Origin: a bacterium
Lineage (GTDB): Bacteria; Zhuqueibacterota; Zhuqueibacteria; Oceanimicrobiales; Oceanimicrobiaceae
Direction: 5' to 3'
Length of the DNA: 20,076 nucleotides
Assembly: GCA_046757025.1 (NCBI GenBank)
Contig: JBHHXN010000092.1
Coordinates: 1 to 20,076 of the forward strand
The notes under the pieces were generated by a model. The model searched no databases. It was not told the origin of the DNA and saw only the letters and a program-made list of their open reading frames with translations. Positions 17,210 through 20,076 of the stretch are shown here, piece by piece (the first letter of the stretch is position 1; the number at the start of each line of letters is the position of its first letter). Both the position numbers and the translations under genes were made by a program.

Positions 17210-18673
17210 GTGGATCGGAATATCGTTTTGAGTTTAAAACTCGCGGTTATTTTTTGGGTGGCCATATTTATCTTCGGCTCCTGCGCCACCAATCCCGTGA
17301 CCGGTAAAAAAGAGCTTAGTTTATTGAGCAACTCCCAGGAAATTCAACTGGGGGCCGAAGCCGACCCGGGCATCGTGGCGCAATACGGACTGTACGACGA
17401 TCCCAAAATCGCCAAATACGTCGATGAGCTTGGACAGAAGATGGCCAAAATTTCCCACCGCCCGACCTTGCAATTTCATTTTCGCGTGCTGGACAGTCCC
17501 GTGATCAACGCGTTCGCGCTGCCCGGCGGCTACGTTTACATCACTCGCGGCATTCTGGCTTACATGAATTCGGAAGCGGAACTGGCCGGCGTCATCGGTC
17601 ATGAAATCGGCCACATCACCGCCCGCCACGGGGCTAAGGCGTACACGCGCGCGCAGTTGGCGCAGGTGGGATTTGGCGTAGGCTATCTGTTTTCGGAAAC
17701 CTTTCGCCAGTTCAGCGACGTGGCGCAGATGGGCGTGGGGCTGTTGTTTTTACGCTTCAGCCGGGATCAGGAACGGCAGTCGGACGAGCTGGGTGTGGCG
17801 TATTCCACCAAAGTCGGATACGACGCCACCCACATGTCGCATTTTTTCGGCACCCTCAGCAACCTGCGCGGACTGAGCGGCACGGACAGCGGCGGCGCCC
17901 TGGAAAGCTGGTTCTCCACCCATCCCGATCCGCATGACCGCGAAGCCAAAACGCTGCAACTGGCCAAACAAGAGCAAGCCAAAGCCGCAGCCAAAGGCTT
18001 CAAGGCAGCGCGCGATCACTATCTCAATCTTATCGACGGCATCGTCTTTGGGGAAGACCCCCGGCAAGGGTTTGTGGAAAACGGCGTTTTTTATCATCCT
18101 ACTCTGGAGTTTCAGTTTCCCGTACCGCAGGGCTGGCAGCTCATCAACACGCCGCAGCAAGTGCAAATGGTCAACAAAGAGCAGACCGCCGGCATGCAGT
18201 TTACCCTGTCGCAGCAGCCCAGCGCCCGCAATTCCGCAGATAAATTCGTCAGCGATTCCAAGGGGCAGGTGACGGCCTCGGATTACCAACGCTTGCACGG
18301 CTTGAACGTCGAAATTCGCGAAGTGCTGGTGGCCAGTCAACAGGGGGATTTAAAAGTGCTGGCGTATTTCATCGAAAAGGATCGTTACGTGTACAGCTTT
18401 CTCGGCATCAGCGGCGCCAATAATTACAGCAAAAACGTCGGCGCCTTTCGTTACACCATGAACAACTTTCAGCGGCTGAAAAATCAAAAAGCCAAAACGG
18501 TCAAGCCCACGCGAATCAAAGTAGTGCGGGTGAATCGAACCACCACGCTGCAAAATTTTCTCAAGCGTTATCCCAACAAAACCGTTTCTGCGGAAAAGTT
18601 GGCCATCATCAACGGCAAGAATTTGACGGACAAGCTACAGCGAGGGGAGCGGGTGAAAGTGCTGACGAAATAA
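17210..18673 (+). CDS. M48 family zinc metalloprotease lipoprotein (BepA/YfgC-like) with possible C-terminal LysM-like region
   Basis: RBS AAGGAGG before a GTG start and lipobox FGS|CATNPVTG. Motifs NAFALPGGYVYITRG, HEIGH, FSRDQERQSD and FSTHP. C-terminal LAIING..LQRGERVKV. Confidence 0.92.
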   Translation: MDRNIVLSLKLAVIFWVAIFIFGSCATNPVTGKKELSLLSNSQEIQLGAEADPGIVAQYGLYDDPKIAKYVDELGQKMAKISHRPTLQFHFRVLDSPVINAFALPGGYVYITRGILAYMNSEAELAGVIGHEIGHITARHGAKAYTRAQLAQVGFGVGYLFSETFRQFSDVAQMGVGLLFLRFSRDQERQSDELGVAYSTKVGYDATHMSHFFGTLSNLRGLSGTDSGGALESWFSTHPDPHDREAKTLQLAKQEQAKAAAKGFKAARDHYLNLIDGIVFGEDPRQGFVENGVFYHPTLEFQFPVPQGWQLINTPQQVQMVNKEQTAGMQFTLSQQPSARNSADKFVSDSKGQVTASDYQRLHGLNVEIREVLVASQQGDLKVLAYFIEKDRYVYSFLGISGANNYSKNVGAFRYTMNNFQRLKNQKAKTVKPTRIKVVRVNRTTTLQNFLKRYPNKTVSAEKLAIINGKNLTDKLQRGERVKVLTK

Positions 18674-18676
18674 ATT

Positions 18677-18704
18677 CAGTTTCGAGTTTGAAGTTTCGGG
18701 TTTT
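18677..18704. repeat. Degenerate 7-nt-period tandem array
   Basis: CAGTTTC GAGTTTG AAGTTTC GGGTTTT, starting 3 nt after the M48 stop. Confidence 0.6.
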
Positions 18705-18747
18705 GTCAGTTAAAAAAAACAGGTTTACGGCTAATCAATGATTTCCC

Positions 18748-18776
18748 TTGACAATTTTAAGATAATTTGACATATT
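18748..18776 (+). promoter_or_regulatory. Putative sigma-70 promoter for the FHA gene
   Basis: TTGACA (18748-18753), 17-nt spacer, CATATT (18771-18776). A second TTGACA lies at 18767-18772. Confidence 0.4.
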
Positions 18777-18838
18777 TATTGAAATGTCTGATCACAACTT
18801 TCCCCCAAATGATGTGTAACAAAAAGTAGGGTAAAATC

Positions 18839-19690
18839 ATGGGCTTAAAAGATAAAATGAAAAACGCCTGGAAACGGGTATCCGACCTGGAGGATGATTC
18901 TGCTGAGGCCAAAAGCAGCGCCAGCGAATCAGAAAGGATCCCGTTTAAAGAAATCTCCAAAAAATTAAAAGAGATCATGAAGCAGAACGTGGACGTGGTT
19001 GGCAGAAAAATTATCATCCCCAACTATTATGCCCTCTATTTCAACGAAGCCGATCGCAATTTGCGGCTGGAAGTGGAAGACGTTCTCGCCGATGAGCTGA
19101 GAGAAGAGTTGTACCACGAGATGCGCAAGATCAATCCCGAACAAAACAAACGGGAAATGCTCATCGAAATGAAAACCGACACCACGCTGAATAAAGGCGA
19201 ATTTAGAATCGAATACCACATCAAAAAGCCCGACAAAGAAACGCCCATCAAAAAATCCACCGAGATATTAACCACGGTACCGCAACCGGTGGTGGAAGAA
19301 GAAAATGACTACAAAGCCACGGTGATCGAACAGGCCAAACCGCTGGTATCAGACGACGAGCAGGCGACGATAGTCCAAAAACCGCCGGCAGAGATTCTTT
19401 ATAAAATTTCGGTGGAGTCGGATGGCAACAAAGAGGAAATCACCATCAAAAAAGATCTGATTACCATCGGCCGCAGCACCCAGGATGACGTGGTTTTAGC
19501 CAGTCCGGATTTTTCCATTTCCCGCTCCCACGCGGTCATTGAAATGCGTGATGGGGAATATTACTTGCTGCCCTCCGGCGTGAACGGTACCGTGCTCAAC
19601 GGAGAAGAGCTGGAGTTGAATAATGAAGTGAAAGTCACGCCGGAAGATGAGATCGTGATCATGAATTACACCTTGAGAATCATCCCCTGA
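18839..19690 (+). CDS. FhaA-like protein (DUF3662-like N-terminal domain, linker, C-terminal FHA domain)
   Basis: C-terminal FHA motifs ITIGRS..DDVVL..ISRSHA..NGTVLNG. The N-terminal IIPNYYALYFNEADR segment resembles the FhaA N-domain. Confidence 0.85.
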   Translation: MGLKDKMKNAWKRVSDLEDDSAEAKSSASESERIPFKEISKKLKEIMKQNVDVVGRKIIIPNYYALYFNEADRNLRLEVEDVLADELREELYHEMRKINPEQNKREMLIEMKTDTTLNKGEFRIEYHIKKPDKETPIKKSTEILTTVPQPVVEEENDYKATVIEQAKPLVSDDEQATIVQKPPAEILYKISVESDGNKEEITIKKDLITIGRSTQDDVVLASPDFSISRSHAVIEMRDGEYYLLPSGVNGTVLNGEELELNNEVKVTPEDEIVIMNYTLRIIP

Positions 19691-19733
19691 GGGATGCCAA
19701 TTCAAAATTAATTTAACACAATTAGTAACTATT

Positions 19734-19768
19734 CAGCTATTGGCATTTAGCTGTTAGCTGTTGGCCAT
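19734..19768. repeat. Degenerate 7-nt-period tandem array upstream of the four-helix-bundle gene
   Basis: CAGCTAT TGGCATT TAGCTGT TAGCTGT TGGCCAT, ending 22 nt before ATG 19791. Confidence 0.7.
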
Positions 19769-19790
19769 TGTTCATAGTTGGTTGCACACC

Positions 19791-20076
19791 ATGAGAGATT
19801 TCAGGACTCTGAATATTTGGAAAGTTGGGATTGCAAGGGAAACATGCCATGTTTAAACCTTCCAGGTTTTTAAAACCTGGAAGGTTTAGAAGTCTTTATT
19901 GTTGAAGAAAAATATGGCTTAAGAAGTCAGATTTGTCGTTCGGCTGTATCGATACCTTCAAACATTGCCGAGGGTTGCAGTCGCCGCAGCCAAATAGATT
20001 TCAAACGGTTCCTGGAAATGGCTTTAGGTTCATCGTTTGAATTGGAAACTCAATTAATTATTATTGAAGAACTATC
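19791..20076 (+). pseudogene. Disrupted four-helix-bundle protein gene (23S rRNA IVP / Avd-like family), running off the window end
   Basis: ATG 19791 gives MRDFRTLNIWKVGI.. and stops at TAA 19854-19856. In another frame from 19901 it reads VEEKYGLRSQICRSAVSIPSNIAEGCSRRSQIDFKRFLEMALGSSFELETQL, which contains the family signature S-I-P-S-N-I-A-E-G. It is absent from the ORF track. Confidence 0.85.
19854..19888. repeat. Perfect 17-bp inverted repeat (REP-like) inside the four-helix-bundle gene
   Basis: TAAACCTTCCAGGTTTT-t-AAAACCTGGAAGGTTTA. Confidence 0.85.

Noticed and set aside
19681..19696. Hairpin CATCCC-ctga-GGGATG over the FHA gene stop as a terminator
   Set aside because: It has only a 6-bp stem and no U-tract, so it could be chance.
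18..19705. The many short antisense or alternate-frame ORFs in the track (e.g. 602..1177, 3549..4214, 15791..16210, 17750..18340)
   Set aside because: They overlap well-supported genes, show no recognisable motifs and are expected shadows of GC-biased codon usage.
19791..20076. Diversity-generating retroelement or rRNA intervening sequence
   Set aside because: No reverse transcriptase, template/variable repeat pair or rRNA sequence was seen in the window. It cannot be excluded beyond the edge.

Overview
Bacterial genomic window, standard code 11, with TAA, TAG and TGA all used as true stops. Four genes end in a QNYPNPFN-type C-terminal sorting/FlgD-Ig domain, and the M49 peptidase is of the pentapeptide type, which suggests an FCB-related lineage such as KSB1 or Calditrichota (inference). 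In order: a 5'-truncated beta-propeller-like gene, a secreted M23-like peptidase and a secreted GH18 hydrolase sharing an FN3 + IV(D/N)GFDR module, an NTF2-like protein, a long AT-rich structured spacer, a YCF48/BNR propeller protein, an S8 peptidase gene broken by two in-frame stops and probably a 5' frameshift, a beta-helix lipoprotein (-), an M49 lipoprotein (-), an M48 lipoprotein, a FhaA-like FHA protein, and a four-helix-bundle (IVP/Avd-like) gene preceded by a 7-nt-period array and interrupted by a perfect REP-like palindrome. The intergenic DNA holds at least four unrelated REP-like palindrome types, two heptamer arrays and a motif shared upstream of the YCF48 and S8 genes. No rRNA, tRNA, CRISPR array, transposase or reverse transcriptase was seen. 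Family assignments come from motif recognition only, with no database searches.
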